A DNA stretch of 64,000 bases, taken from contig JAIFMG010000040.1 in the NCBI GenBank assembly GCA_020048645.1, positions 20,068-84,067 on the forward strand. The letters are read 5' to 3'. Every line of letters begins with the position of its first letter. The first letter of the stretch is position 1. The stretch comes from Bacteroidota bacterium (GTDB taxonomy: Bacteria; Bacteroidota; Bacteroidia; Bacteroidales; UBA6013). Position numbers and translations under genes: made by a program. Below are positions 1-10,184 of this stretch, one piece after another. The notes below the pieces were generated by a model, which ran no database searches, was not told the origin of the DNA, and saw nothing but the letters and a program-made list of their open reading frames with translations.

Positions 1-1
1 C

Positions 2-238
2 TCGCCCGGGAGCGTGGTGCTGCTCAACCGCGCCCGCAAGTGGCTGGTGGGCGGCGACGTGCTCTTCCAGGGCAGCATCGGCCGCACCGACCTGCCCGGC
101 GGCAACCACCAGCAACTGCTCGACGGCATCCGCTCCAAGCTGCTCTGCCTGCCCGACGACTTCGTGGTTTACGCGGGCCACGGCGAGCCCACGACCATCG
201 GCCGCGAACGGCGGCTGAACCCGTTCTTGCGCTTCTGA
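2..238 (+). CDS. MBL-fold metallo-hydrolase (glyoxalase II / YcbL-like), C-terminal part; the 5' end lies outside the window
   Basis: The frame of ORF 14..238 stays open to the window edge. The translation ...[30 protein letters not shown]...[20 protein letters not shown] carries the conserved C-terminal GRTDLPGG and GHG-x-T motifs of this family. Confidence 0.7.
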   Translation, partial: SPGSVVLLNRARKWLVGGDVLFQGSIGRTDLPGGNHQQLLDGIRSKLLCLPDDFVVYAGHGEPTTIGRERRLNPFLRF

Positions 239-262
239 ACCATACGGTTTTCCCCTAAGCAC

Positions 263-305
263 GAAGCCCTGCCCGAGGACACTCGGGCAGGGCTTCGCCT
301 TTTTC
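263..305. terminator. Hairpin terminator between convergent genes
   Basis: Perfect 15-bp inverted repeat gaagccctgcccgag / ctcgggcagggcttc (263-277 / 282-296) with a 4-nt loop, followed by a T-run (299-305). Confidence 0.6.
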
Positions 306-318
306 GGAAAGAGGGGGC

Positions 319-1185
<867 letters not shown>

Positions 1186-1431
1186 GGGTGAAGATTGGGA
1201 ATTATGAAGAATTGGTACAATGCGTTGGTTTTCAGTGCCTTGTTTGTGGGGCAATGTTTTCTTGAGCCGCAAAATTACAGAAATTCATCGAGCGGCATTC
1301 AAGCCGATGCCCCGGATCTTGGCGTGGCAAGCTCCGGTTCAGGGCAAAAGTAGATTTCGCCTTCGAGAATCACCCAAGGCGGGCAAGGATCTTTTGTGCG
1401 ATTTGTCGGGCGTTGGGAGTCCGTCGTCCTC

Positions 1432-1875
1432 TCATTTCGCTTCCAAATGGAACTCATGCACATGGCCCTCGCTTTCGAAGCGGTACCAGAACTCGCTGGC
1501 TTTGAGCCGGATGATGCGCAGCGAGGGCGTGGCTACCCGGGGCAGTTCGGGCGTGAGGTAGCTGATGCCGCTGAGCCCGGTCATGAAGAGTGTCGTCTTG
1601 TCGTCGCTCCATTCCCAGCTTCCGGCCTGGTTCTGGGCCTCGCCGTCCTTGTCGTCGTAGGCGCGGTAGTAGGTGCCGCCGCTGTAGAACTCCTCCATGT
1701 AGTTCGTCACGGCGATCTGTTCGGTCATGTCGGTGCCATCCTGGAGGTAGGCCACGAGCTCCCATTGGGCGAGCAGCCTCGAGTCGGCCAGGTTCGAGAA
1801 GCCGCCTTCGTCGTACTTGGTGCAAGAAGCGGCCGCTAAGGCGAAGGCTATCAGGGCGATGAGGATCTTTTTCAT
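1432..1875 (-). CDS. Small lipoprotein, lipocalin-like (hypothetical)
   Basis: MKKILIALIAFALAAASC has a lipobox. The protein is 147 aa. Its ATG (1875-1873) overlaps the TGA (1874-1872) of the upstream type IIG gene as ATGA. Confidence 0.6.
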   Translation of the reverse strand: MKKILIALIAFALAAASCTKYDEGGFSNLADSRLLAQWELVAYLQDGTDMTEQIAVTNYMEEFYSGGTYYRAYDDKDGEAQNQAGSWEWSDDKTTLFMTGLSGISYLTPELPRVATPSLRIIRLKASEFWYRFESEGHVHEFHLEAK

Positions 1876-4800
1876 GGTTGGGGATGTTGGGGGTTAGGGG
1901 GGAGGTAGGGGGCGATCGCCTCTGCTTGCGGGAGGGCTTGCTGGCGTTCCACAAGGGCGATCTCGTGCGGCAGAAGGCCATACAATTCATAGACCAGCGC
2001 GTCGATCTGGCTGTCGAGGTGTTGCGTCCGGCGTTGGATCTGGTCGATTTCCACTTGCAGGTGGGTGGCCTGCGCCCTTTTGTTCAGCTCCAGCAGGCTT
2101 TCGACAAGCTGGGAAATCTTATCGAAGAGCGCTTTTTGGCCTTTGTCCTTCTTGTCGATGGTCTTGATGGGCAATTGCTCGATGAAGCGCTTGCCGTAGG
2201 AGAAGGCCGTCTGGTAGCAGCGCAGCGAGATCTTGGAGTGGTACCAGTTGAGCAGCTTGGAGTTGAGCAGGCCCGTGAGGTAGGGATAGGACCGCTTGTC
2301 GGCAAGCTGGATGCCATAGACCCCGGCGTTTCCGCCGCCGACAAAGTAGAATTTGCCTTCAAGGTCGAGCGTGAAGGAGTTGTGGCCGCTCAGCACGGTG
2401 GTCATGATCTTGTTTTTGTGGAAGGAAGCGAGGTTTTGGCTTCGCCCGAAGGCATACCACGGATAAGTGAGCTTGCCTTTGTCGCGTTCTTCCAACCTGG
2501 GCTTGCACGCTTTCAAGTATTTCCAAATTCGGGGATATTTTTTTTTGAATGTTTTTTCATCGATCAAAATCGCCTTTTCATTTTCCGCAAGATAGGGGAA
2601 AATCAGCAGGTCGGTGTTGATCGGGTAGCGGTACCGCTTCACTTCTGCGCCCCGCAGCAAGGGGAAGAGGATTTCTTTTTCGAGGAGGTGCTTCTGGCCG
2701 GTATGCTTGGAGAAGACCTCGAAATGCTCGTCGGTCTGGCCGACCAGCTTGGTGATGAAGACCGGGTCGGCGCTGGTCTGCAAGCCCACCAGTATCTTGG
2801 TCTGCCAGTCGCCCAGCCGCTTGTTTTGGTTCAGCTTCTCGAACAGCTCCAACTCGTCGTCGAAGACGAAGTTCCAATATTCTGCCGAAAGGGTCTTTTT
2901 CAGGACTCTCCCCTTGACCAGCCGCGTGTCGGCGGCTTTGGGTTCGCGCAAAAATTCCCGGAGGTCGTGCAGGGGGATCTTGTGGTCGGCCAGGCGGTGG
3001 TAGTCCAGGTGCTCGTCGGCCTGGGCCTTGTCCAGGTGCATCACGCAGGTGTTGATGCTGGCATTGTCGAAGACGTAGAATCCGTCGAAGTCGAAGATGG
3101 AGCGTAGGAAGCGGTTCTGGGCCAGGTAGTTCCGCAGGCCCTGGCCATAGTCGGTCTTGAAGAAGCGGTGCGGCAGGATGTAGCTGAGCTGGCCCGCCGG
3201 GTTGAGCAGCTCGACGCCTTTTTCGACAAAAAGGCAGTAGAGGTCGAAGTTTCCCATGGCCGACTGGTAGCGGCTGAAATACTCCAGCGTGTTTTTGTCG
3301 AGGTTTTGGATTCGGACGTAGGGCGGATTGCCCAACACGCAATCGAATCCGCCCTGGGCAAATGCTTGGGGGAAGGCTTGCTTCCAGTCGAATACATTGA
3401 TTTTCCGCTCTTCTTTGGGGCTAAGGAGGGCGCCCTGGTCATAGAAATCGGGGGCGACCAGCGAGTTTCCGCACTGGATGTTCTGGTCGATCGTGGGCAG
3501 GACCCTTTCGTTGAAGAGCTTGAGGCTGGTTTGGATGGAGGCTTCGGTCTCGCCCTCCAAGGCCTTGAGCAGCAGGCTCAGCTTGGTTACCTCCACGGCC
3601 TGCGGGTCGATGTCCACGCCGTGGATGTTGTTCAGGAGGATGCGTTTTTTCTCTTGGCTCGTCAGGTGCCCGTCCGGGGTCAGCGGAGGCCTTTTGCCCT
3701 TGGTGGGATTTTCGAGGTAGTAGCGCAGGTGGAAGTCGAGCAGGAACTGGTAGGCGCCCAGGAGGAAAGACCCGCTGCCGCAGCTCGGGTCCAGGATCTT
3801 GATCCGGCTTACCTGCTGCGGATTCTTGCCCAGGGTCATTCGCCCGACGGTTTCGCGCACGATGTGCTCAACGATGTATTCCGGTGTGTAATAGACCCCT
3901 CCGGCCTTGCGGACCTCGGGTTTGTCCTCCACCAGCGCCTCGCGGGCGCTTCCCAGGCGGATGACTTTGCCCAGGAACTGCTCGTAGGCCATGCCGAGGA
4001 TTTCGACCGGGATGTAGGCGAAGTTGAAGCCAAACTCCGCCTCGTTGAGCTTGCTTTTGCCATAAAGTTCCCAGACGATGTTGCGAATGACCTTGTTGTC
4101 GATTTCGAGGCTCGGGCTGAGCTTGTCCTTCTGGAAGTCGAAGAGCCCGGAGTTGTACCGCTCGTCGGCCTGGTAGAAGATGGCAAGCAGATTTTGATAG
4201 TGGTTTCCAGACTGGACGGTGCGGAAGAGCGTGTTCTCCGGCTCGATTTTCCGGTCCTCGCAAACCTTCAGGAAGACCAGCCGATCGATGGTCTGCTGCA
4301 CGGCCTGGTTGATTTCCTCTTCGGCCAGCGCGGGCATGCGCGAAGCGATGTTCGTGGCCAGGTAGTCGCGCCAGCCCTCCAGGGTCTTGAGGAACTCGAC
4401 ATTGACCGGCTCGATGGCCTTGCGGTCGATTTGGGCGCTGGCGTACTTTTCGAGGCTGCCTCGTACCACGTTTTCGTAGGCGAAGGTGTCGTACAGGAAG
4501 TCGAACTCCTTGAGGTAGTCGGTGAAATAGATGTATTTCAGGCGCTTGGCATTGGCGTTTTCGGTCTTCTTGGGTTTGCGGGTGCAGTCGTAAACGGCGA
4601 ACTCTTCGAAGTCCGTGACGATCGAGATGCTCAGGCCGGCGTTCCATCCGTAGTTGCGGAGCTGCAAGGCAGGTTCCGGGTTCTCCCGGATGGGCACCGA
4701 GGGCTTCTTGGCCTCCACAAAGAACTGCCTCTTCCCATCGAGGTTGAAGGAGTAGTCAGGGGCTTTGGAATGGCCATTCACCTTGATCCGGTCCTCCTGC

Positions 4801-4991
4801 CGCACTTCGCGGTAAGGCTCGGCCAGGCGTTTCGCATTGTCGATGTCCCAGCCCAACGCCCCGAAGAACGGATTGATGAAGTCCTGCCGCGTCTGGGTCT
4901 CGTTGTAGTCGCCCAAAGTGTCGCAGGCCATCCGCGCAGGGAAGCGCTCCATCAGGCTGGCCAGCAGTTCTTTGGCGACTTCCTTTTTCAT
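1872..4991 (-). CDS. Type IIG restriction enzyme / N6-adenine DNA methyltransferase fusion (Eco57I-like family)
   Basis: 1039 aa. N-terminal PD-(D/E)xK-like nuclease motif (...APDYSF...FFVEAKKP), SAM motif I DPSCGSGSFLL, catalytic motif IV GNPPYVRIQ, and a long C-terminal target-recognition region. Confidence 0.85.
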   Translation of the reverse strand: MKKEVAKELLASLMERFPARMACDTLGDYNETQTRQDFINPFFGALGWDIDNAKRLAEPYREVRQEDRIKVNGHSKAPDYSFNLDGKRQFFVEAKKPSVPIRENPEPALQLRNYGWNAGLSISIVTDFEEFAVYDCTRKPKKTENANAKRLKYIYFTDYLKEFDFLYDTFAYENVVRGSLEKYASAQIDRKAIEPVNVEFLKTLEGWRDYLATNIASRMPALAEEEINQAVQQTIDRLVFLKVCEDRKIEPENTLFRTVQSGNHYQNLLAIFYQADERYNSGLFDFQKDKLSPSLEIDNKVIRNIVWELYGKSKLNEAEFGFNFAYIPVEILGMAYEQFLGKVIRLGSAREALVEDKPEVRKAGGVYYTPEYIVEHIVRETVGRMTLGKNPQQVSRIKILDPSCGSGSFLLGAYQFLLDFHLRYYLENPTKGKRPPLTPDGHLTSQEKKRILLNNIHGVDIDPQAVEVTKLSLLLKALEGETEASIQTSLKLFNERVLPTIDQNIQCGNSLVAPDFYDQGALLSPKEERKINVFDWKQAFPQAFAQGGFDCVLGNPPYVRIQNLDKNTLEYFSRYQSAMGNFDLYCLFVEKGVELLNPAGQLSYILPHRFFKTDYGQGLRNYLAQNRFLRSIFDFDGFYVFDNASINTCVMHLDKAQADEHLDYHRLADHKIPLHDLREFLREPKAADTRLVKGRVLKKTLSAEYWNFVFDDELELFEKLNQNKRLGDWQTKILVGLQTSADPVFITKLVGQTDEHFEVFSKHTGQKHLLEKEILFPLLRGAEVKRYRYPINTDLLIFPYLAENEKAILIDEKTFKKKYPRIWKYLKACKPRLEERDKGKLTYPWYAFGRSQNLASFHKNKIMTTVLSGHNSFTLDLEGKFYFVGGGNAGVYGIQLADKRSYPYLTGLLNSKLLNWYHSKISLRCYQTAFSYGKRFIEQLPIKTIDKKDKGQKALFDKISQLVESLLELNKRAQATHLQVEIDQIQRRTQHLDSQIDALVYELYGLLPHEIALVERQQALPQAEAIAPYLPPNPQHPQP

Positions 4992-5027
4992 GTTCGGGGA
5001 TTTGGGTTGGTGGGTTGGGCGTTCGGC

Positions 5028-5819
5028 TCAGAGCAAAGCGCCGAGGACGACCAGGGCCAGGGCCAGGGCGGCCAGCCACCAGAGCGGGCGTTCGGGCGCG
5101 CTTTTGATGATGGTCAGGAAGTCCGAGTCGAGCAGGCGAAGGGTCGGTGCCCAGAAGAACAGGGCGCCCAGCAGCAGCACCTTGTCGCCCAAGGCTGGCC
5201 CGGGGAAGCCGAAAGCCCAGGCCAGGGGCAGGAACAGGAGCAGGGGCAGGGAGACGCTCAGCCAGCGCAGCCGGTTCTGCTGGCGCGGGTCCTGCATGGC
5301 GCTGAGCGAAGTGGAGCTTTGCAGGAAGTCGATGTTGGCGCGCAAGCCCGTGAAGAACAGGATGATGCCCGCTGCCAGTGCCGCCACCCACTGGCCCACG
5401 GCGCCCACGTTCAGCCAACTGAGCAGGTAGTCCGAGTCGTTGCGCAGGATGGGGTTGGCCAGGAAAGGGAAGGCCAGCAGCCAGATCGCCGAGAGCTTCC
5501 CCCAGAGCATGACCAGCTTCATGGGGCCTTTCTTGTGCGTTTGGATGTTGTGCAGCCAAAGGAACGCCAGGCTGGCCACCAGCAGGAAAAGGAAGCCCGA
5601 GCCGATGACCAGCAGCACCACTTCGGGCTCCCAGCGGAGCGAGCCGTCCGGGGTGAGGTACCGCACCGAGAATCCCTCAAAGTCGGCGGCGATACGGTAA
5701 TGCTCCGCGACCCAGCGCGTGATGGCGATTTGGGCGAACCGGAGCCCGAACATGCCTGCGAAAAGGGCGGAGGTGGCGTTCAGGGCACGGGCGAAGCTGG
5801 GCAGGTAGGTGTTGGACAT
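5028..5819 (-). CDS. Polytopic membrane protein, function unknown
   Basis: 263 aa with about six hydrophobic helices (e.g. VVLLVIGSGFLFLLVASLAFLWL, LSAIWLLAFPFLA, WVAALAAGIILFFTGL, LWWLAALALALVVLGALL). I recognise no motif. Confidence 0.6.
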   Translation of the reverse strand: MSNTYLPSFARALNATSALFAGMFGLRFAQIAITRWVAEHYRIAADFEGFSVRYLTPDGSLRWEPEVVLLVIGSGFLFLLVASLAFLWLHNIQTHKKGPMKLVMLWGKLSAIWLLAFPFLANPILRNDSDYLLSWLNVGAVGQWVAALAAGIILFFTGLRANIDFLQSSTSLSAMQDPRQQNRLRWLSVSLPLLLFLPLAWAFGFPGPALGDKVLLLGALFFWAPTLRLLDSDFLTIIKSAPERPLWWLAALALALVVLGALL

Positions 5820-5851
5820 GGTGTGTTGTGGGTTGTGGGGGGCTCGGGCCG

Positions 5852-6796
5852 CTACTTGCCGAGCAGTTTCCGCAGCGCTTCGAGCTCGTTCTTGAGGGCT
5901 TGGTTTTCCTGTTCGGCTTTCGCCTTCTCCTGCTCTACTTTCGCCTTTTCCTGCTCTACTTTCGCCCTCTCGAGTTCGCTCTTTTCGACCTGTCCCTCGA
6001 GGTCCTCGATTTCCCGCTCCATGTCCTCCAGCTCGTCGATGATGCCGTCCTCCAGGTTCATCTTGCTCTGGATGTCGGCGTCCAGGACGGCCTTCTGGAG
6101 CTTCCGGATGATGGGCCTGAACTTCTCGGGTAGGTCCTCCGCCTTGAAGTTGAGGATGTGGTGCTGGTCGTCGGCCGGGTCGCTCTGGTCGAATACGCCG
6201 AGCAGGACCTCGAGCTCGGTGCGCCTTCGCCCGGTCAGGTAGGGGATCTGGATGACGTAGCTGTCGAGCGTGAGGCTCTCGATGAAGTTCTCGCGGGTGA
6301 GGATGGGCTCGCCCGTGATCAGGTCGATGTACTGGCGGCTGACCTTGATGGCGCTGGCCTGGGTGTGGTCGAGCTTGTGCCCCAGGAAGTAGATGCTGAT
6401 GATGGGCGTGCCGACCTTCCGGGTCCTGCCCCCGACGCGTATCCGGTTGACGTTCTCCTTCTTGGAGAGCTGCAGGCCCAGGTACTTGCGGAAGCGGAGG
6501 ATGTCGGTGGGGAACTTGGCCTTCTGGAGCTCGATGATGACGTTCTTGTGGCCGTCCGGGGTCTTGATCCGGGCCGAGAAGTCGAGCCGATAGACGGTCA
6601 GTCCCAGGCTTTTCCTGCGCTGGCGCTTGCTGGCCTTGCCCTTCTGCTGGTCGATCTCGGAGGCGAGCTCCTGGCTGAGGAAGGAAATCCGCTCGATGGT
6701 CTCGCCGATGATGGACGAGATCATCAGCTTGGCGATCTTGCTGTCCTCCATGAGGTACTTGAAGACGACGTCGTAGATGGGGTTGGCGATCTGCAT
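5852..6796 (-). CDS. Rpn-family PD-(D/E)xK nuclease (recombination-promoting nuclease / putative transposase family) with a C-terminal coiled coil
   Basis: The N-terminus MQIANPIYDVVFKYLMED... and the core RLDFSARIKTPDGHKNVIIELQKA are typical of the Rpn/YhgA-like family. The C-terminus is a heptad-repeat coiled coil. Confidence 0.75.
   Translation of the reverse strand: MQIANPIYDVVFKYLMEDSKIAKLMISSIIGETIERISFLSQELASEIDQQKGKASKRQRRKSLGLTVYRLDFSARIKTPDGHKNVIIELQKAKFPTDILRFRKYLGLQLSKKENVNRIRVGGRTRKVGTPIISIYFLGHKLDHTQASAIKVSRQYIDLITGEPILTRENFIESLTLDSYVIQIPYLTGRRRTELEVLLGVFDQSDPADDQHHILNFKAEDLPEKFRPIIRKLQKAVLDADIQSKMNLEDGIIDELEDMEREIEDLEGQVEKSELERAKVEQEKAKVEQEKAKAEQENQALKNELEALRKLLGK
5909..5986 (-). 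repeat. 21-bp tandem repeat (about 3.7 units) inside the Rpn gene, encoding EQEKAKV heptads
   Basis: ctgttcggctttcgccttctc / ctgctctactttcgccttttc / ctgctctactttcgccctctc / gagttcgctcttttc. The translation is KVEQEKAKVEQEKAKAEQE. Confidence 0.8.
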
Positions 6797-6863
6797 GGGC
6801 GGGTTTTTTGCGAAGTTACGAAAGCCAGGGGTCTTGGCAAAACGCCGGGGCCCCGGGGCAGGC

Positions 6864-8942
6864 TCAGAAGACGACGCGGAGCTGGGCCTTGAACTCGGAG
6901 CGCAGGCTTCCTTGTATCTCGTTGAGGCCCGAGCTGATGGTCGCCCGGTCGGCGAAGGACGTCTGGGCGTAGCGGAGCCAGAGGTCCACGCGGTCGGCCA
7001 GCTCGAGGCGGGCCATGGCGTAGAAGCGGGTGCCGCGCCCGAAGTAGGCCGGGATGGAGAAGGCGTAGAGCACGTCGTTCTCGTAGGCGTAGAGCCGGTT
7101 GTCGAAGGTCTCGGCCTCGAAGATGGCGTAGCGGAAGTAGAGTTTCAGCGGCAGTTCGGCGAAGGCGTAGTTCAGGTCCTGGTAGGCCAGGAAGCCCATG
7201 CTCCGCCCCTGGCTGTCCTCGAACCAGTTGGCCTCGACGCGGCTGCGCAGCTCCAGGCCGCCCCAGGGGTAGTCGATGTGGAAGCGCAGGCGGGTCAGGC
7301 GGGTCTGCTCCTGGGGGCGGATGCCCGTCTGCTCCCAGCCGGGCACGTTGGCCAGGCGGCTCTCGGTCTTGAAGCGCCAGTACATCGAGACCTGGCGGCT
7401 GGGCAGGAAGCCGAGCTGCGCGAAATAGTCCTGCCCCTGGCTGGGCCTGTCCACCGTGGAGCGGGCCCAGGGGAAGCTGTAGAGGTCGGCGTAGGCCAGC
7501 AGCGTCCACTTGCGGGCCGGATGCAGCTCGGCGCCCAGGTAGAAACCCCGCTCGTTGCTGGTGGCCGTGGTCTCGCCGAACCCGCGGGCGAAGGGCGCGC
7601 GGTAGGCGGGCGAGTAGGAGCGGTGCAGCGCCGCCAGCGAGACCTGCGCCCCGAGCTGCATCTTCGCGGCGTTGAGCGTGGCCAGGTTGCCGTCCTGGTC
7701 GGTGGCCGTCTCGCCGAGCAGCAGCAGGCCCCGCCAGGCCAGGCGGTAGTCGGCCCCGAGGTTCCAGCCCGAGCGGCCCCGCGGGTCGTGCAGGTCCGCG
7801 AGGCGGTCGCCGGGCAGGGCCTCCTCCGAGAACTCGTGCCGCGAGAAGGTCGCCCCCAGGCCGAGCAGCTCGCCTTGCCAGGCCAGGTTGGCCCCGAGGT
7901 TGCGCAGCCGCAGCGACTTCTCGTCCTCGACCTGCGCGGGCGTGGCGTGCAAGCCGCTGATTTGCAGCGAGGTGAACCCCTCGATGCCTTCTTCGTTTTC
8001 CGCGAGGCTGTCGGCCGAGAGGTCCAGGTTGGCGTCGCGGGCCTTGTCGGAGTAGAAGCCCGTCAGGCGGAAGGCGCCCAGCCGCAGGGTCGCGCCCGCG
8101 CCGCGGAAGAACTGGTTCTCGTCGGCCGAGGCGAATCGGCGCAGGCCCTGGGCCCTTCGGTCGATGTTCAGCACGTAGGGCGTCTTGCCGATGCCCAGGC
8201 CGGCCCATTGCACGAGCCCCTGGCCAAACTGCGCCTGGAAGTCGCCCAGCACCAGGTTCTCCACGGGCCCCGCGCCGGCCAGTTGCAGGTGGGCCGAGTA
8301 GAAGTCGAATCCGTGCCGGTTGCTGCCCCGGAAGAACTCCTCGCCGGCGTCCTTCTCGGCCGTCAGGCCCCAGCGGAGCTTGTCGGAGTAGGCGTACCCG
8401 TAGCGGGCGAAGTGCTTGAGCGGGTCGCCCAGGTAGCGGGCGTTGGGCGAGAGCTCCTGGTCCGGGGGCAGGGGGCGGAAGCCCTCCAGGGTCTGCGGCA
8501 CGCCCTGGCTCCGGAGCAGGAACTGGTGCCTGCCGTAGCGCAGGGCGTTGCTCCAGCGGACTTCCTCCGCCCCCGGGTCGCTCAGGCTGACGAAAGGCAT
8601 CAGCCAGTCGATGTCCTGCCGGTTCCATCCTTCGAGCAGGAGCAGCTCGTAGAGGGTCCTGAACTGCCCGACCTGGGCGCGGTAGCGCAGCAGGACCATG
8701 ATCTCGAAGTGGTCCAGGAACTGGAGCTTCTCGAAGTCCTCGCGGGTCGCGGTGTTCAGGTCGAGGGGCTGGTTTTGGAGGGCGGCCAGGTCCAGCACGA
8801 GCTGCTCGAGGTCGATGTCCTCGTCCTCGGCGTCCTCGGCGATGTCCTCCACCAGCCTTTCCAGGGAGGCGAATTGGCCTTGGGCCCATAGGCTGGGGGC
8901 CGCGCAGGCGCAAAGGGCGAAAAGAATCCAGAACTTCCTCAT
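6864..8942 (-). CDS. Helix-hairpin-helix domain protein with an outer-membrane beta-barrel-like C-terminal region
   Basis: The ATG at 8942 gives MRKFWILFALCACAAPSLWAQ, a signal peptide. Two ComEA-like HhH segments follow (LNTATREDFEKLQFL...; ...LLLLEGWNRQDIDWL). The C-terminal part has alternating aromatic residues and ends in ...RVVF. Confidence 0.7.
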   Translation of the reverse strand: MRKFWILFALCACAAPSLWAQGQFASLERLVEDIAEDAEDEDIDLEQLVLDLAALQNQPLDLNTATREDFEKLQFLDHFEIMVLLRYRAQVGQFRTLYELLLLEGWNRQDIDWLMPFVSLSDPGAEEVRWSNALRYGRHQFLLRSQGVPQTLEGFRPLPPDQELSPNARYLGDPLKHFARYGYAYSDKLRWGLTAEKDAGEEFFRGSNRHGFDFYSAHLQLAGAGPVENLVLGDFQAQFGQGLVQWAGLGIGKTPYVLNIDRRAQGLRRFASADENQFFRGAGATLRLGAFRLTGFYSDKARDANLDLSADSLAENEEGIEGFTSLQISGLHATPAQVEDEKSLRLRNLGANLAWQGELLGLGATFSRHEFSEEALPGDRLADLHDPRGRSGWNLGADYRLAWRGLLLLGETATDQDGNLATLNAAKMQLGAQVSLAALHRSYSPAYRAPFARGFGETTATSNERGFYLGAELHPARKWTLLAYADLYSFPWARSTVDRPSQGQDYFAQLGFLPSRQVSMYWRFKTESRLANVPGWEQTGIRPQEQTRLTRLRFHIDYPWGGLELRSRVEANWFEDSQGRSMGFLAYQDLNYAFAELPLKLYFRYAIFEAETFDNRLYAYENDVLYAFSIPAYFGRGTRFYAMARLELADRVDLWLRYAQTSFADRATISSGLNEIQGSLRSEFKAQLRVVF

Positions 8943-9072
8943 GGTCATGGCCTTGGATGTGTGGCTATCGGCCAAGCCGCACGGCTTCGCCGTGGCGCGG
9001 CCCGCGTTTTCATCTCCCAAAGGAAAGGCAAAAAAAGGGAAATTCCAAGGCCGGCGCAGCGGGCCGATGGGC

Positions 9073-9699
9073 CTAGAAGAAGGCGCTGGCCAGCACGACC
9101 ACGCCCAGAGCCGCGATGGCCACGCCCATGAACTTGTTGACCCAGAAGAGCGTGCGCAGGCTGATGCGCGACCTCATCCGGTTGACCAGGAAGGTAACGG
9201 CGAACCACCAGGCCGAGGCGCCGGCCAGCACGCCCAGGCTCATGGCGGCCATGAGCCACGACGGCGTGTCGTCCTGGAGGATGCCCAGCCCGGCGAAGAG
9301 CGCCCCGAACACCACGATCGTCAGCGGGTTGGACAGGGTCAGGGCGAAGATGGAGGCGAAGTCGCTGGCCCAGTGCCCGTGGTTGGGGCGGCGGAAGTTG
9401 TTGAGCATGGCCCGGGGCCCGGTTACGAAGTAGCGCAGGCCCAGGTAGATCAGGTAGGCCCCGCCCACGGCGCGGATCAGGGTCTGGTGGTCGGCCAGGA
9501 AATCCGAGATGGCCGTCACGCCGAAAGCCGCGATGACGGCGTAGAAGGTGTCGGCCACAGCGGCGCCCAGGCCCGAGACCATCCCGCGGCGCAGCCCCTG
9601 CTTGAGGGTGCGGTTGATGCACAGGATGCCAATGGGGCCCAGCGGGATCGAGACTCCTATCCCGATCAGGAAGCCTTGAAACAGGAATTGGAAGGCCAA
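9073..9699 (-). CDS. LysE/RhtB family amino-acid exporter
   Basis: 208 aa. FLIGIGVSIPLGPIGILCINRTLKQGLRRG and a six-helix layout are typical of LysE translocators. The annotated start codon is TTG, with no in-frame ATG nearby. Confidence 0.8.
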   Translation of the reverse strand: MAFQFLFQGFLIGIGVSIPLGPIGILCINRTLKQGLRRGMVSGLGAAVADTFYAVIAAFGVTAISDFLADHQTLIRAVGGAYLIYLGLRYFVTGPRAMLNNFRRPNHGHWASDFASIFALTLSNPLTIVVFGALFAGLGILQDDTPSWLMAAMSLGVLAGASAWWFAVTFLVNRMRSRISLRTLFWVNKFMGVAIAALGVVVLASAFF

Positions 9700-9917
9700 G
9701 GTCTCTCGTTTTGGTGTCCCGGAAAATTAGCACAAAATCCCCAAAGCGCGTCCGCCCGCGCCTGCTCGGGCATCGTTTCTGGGTCGGCCTTGGGCATCTA
9801 CCGGGCCTGGGTTGGCCCGGGGCGCGGCCCTTGGGCTAATTTTGGGCCTGCGAAATAAAACGGTATCTTGGCTGCGTTTTGCAAAGGCCAGCCCCAATTG
9901 AACCCAAGCTCCCGCCC

Positions 9918-10184
9918 ATGAAGATTTCCTACGACCAAAGCAAGAACAGCCTCAGCATCCGCCTGGTCGAGAACACCGAGGTGGACCAGGAGGAAATCCT
10001 TTCCGGCCAGGTCATGCTCCGCCGCGACGCCAACGGCCTGCTGGTGGAGCTGGTGCTGCTCGAGGCCGACCAGAGCACGGACCTCTCGGAGGTCTTCCCC
10101 ATCGAGCGGGAGCTCCGGGCCAGCCCCGCCGCGCTGCGCGACCTGCTGGCCAAGTCGCTGGGCAAAGGCAGGACAGCCTTCTGA
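9918..10184 (+). CDS. DUF2283-like small protein
   Basis: The ATG at 9918 gives MKISYDQSKNSLSIRLVENTEVDQEEI...LLVELVLLEA, the pattern of the DUF2283 family. Confidence 0.6.
   Translation: MKISYDQSKNSLSIRLVENTEVDQEEILSGQVMLRRDANGLLVELVLLEADQSTDLSEVFPIERELRASPAALRDLLAKSLGKGRTAF

Noticed and set aside
5909-5986. Short tandem repeats, considered as a possible CRISPR array or other non-coding array.
   Set aside because: The units are contiguous with no spacers and 21 bp long. They lie in frame inside a gene, where they encode coiled-coil heptads. I saw no repeat-spacer architecture anywhere in the window.
9918-10184. The DUF2283 protein as the antitoxin of a toxin-antitoxin pair.
   Set aside because: No DUF4258-like or other small toxin gene is adjacent. 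The neighbours are a LysE exporter and a large sensor phosphatase, on different strands or with long gaps.
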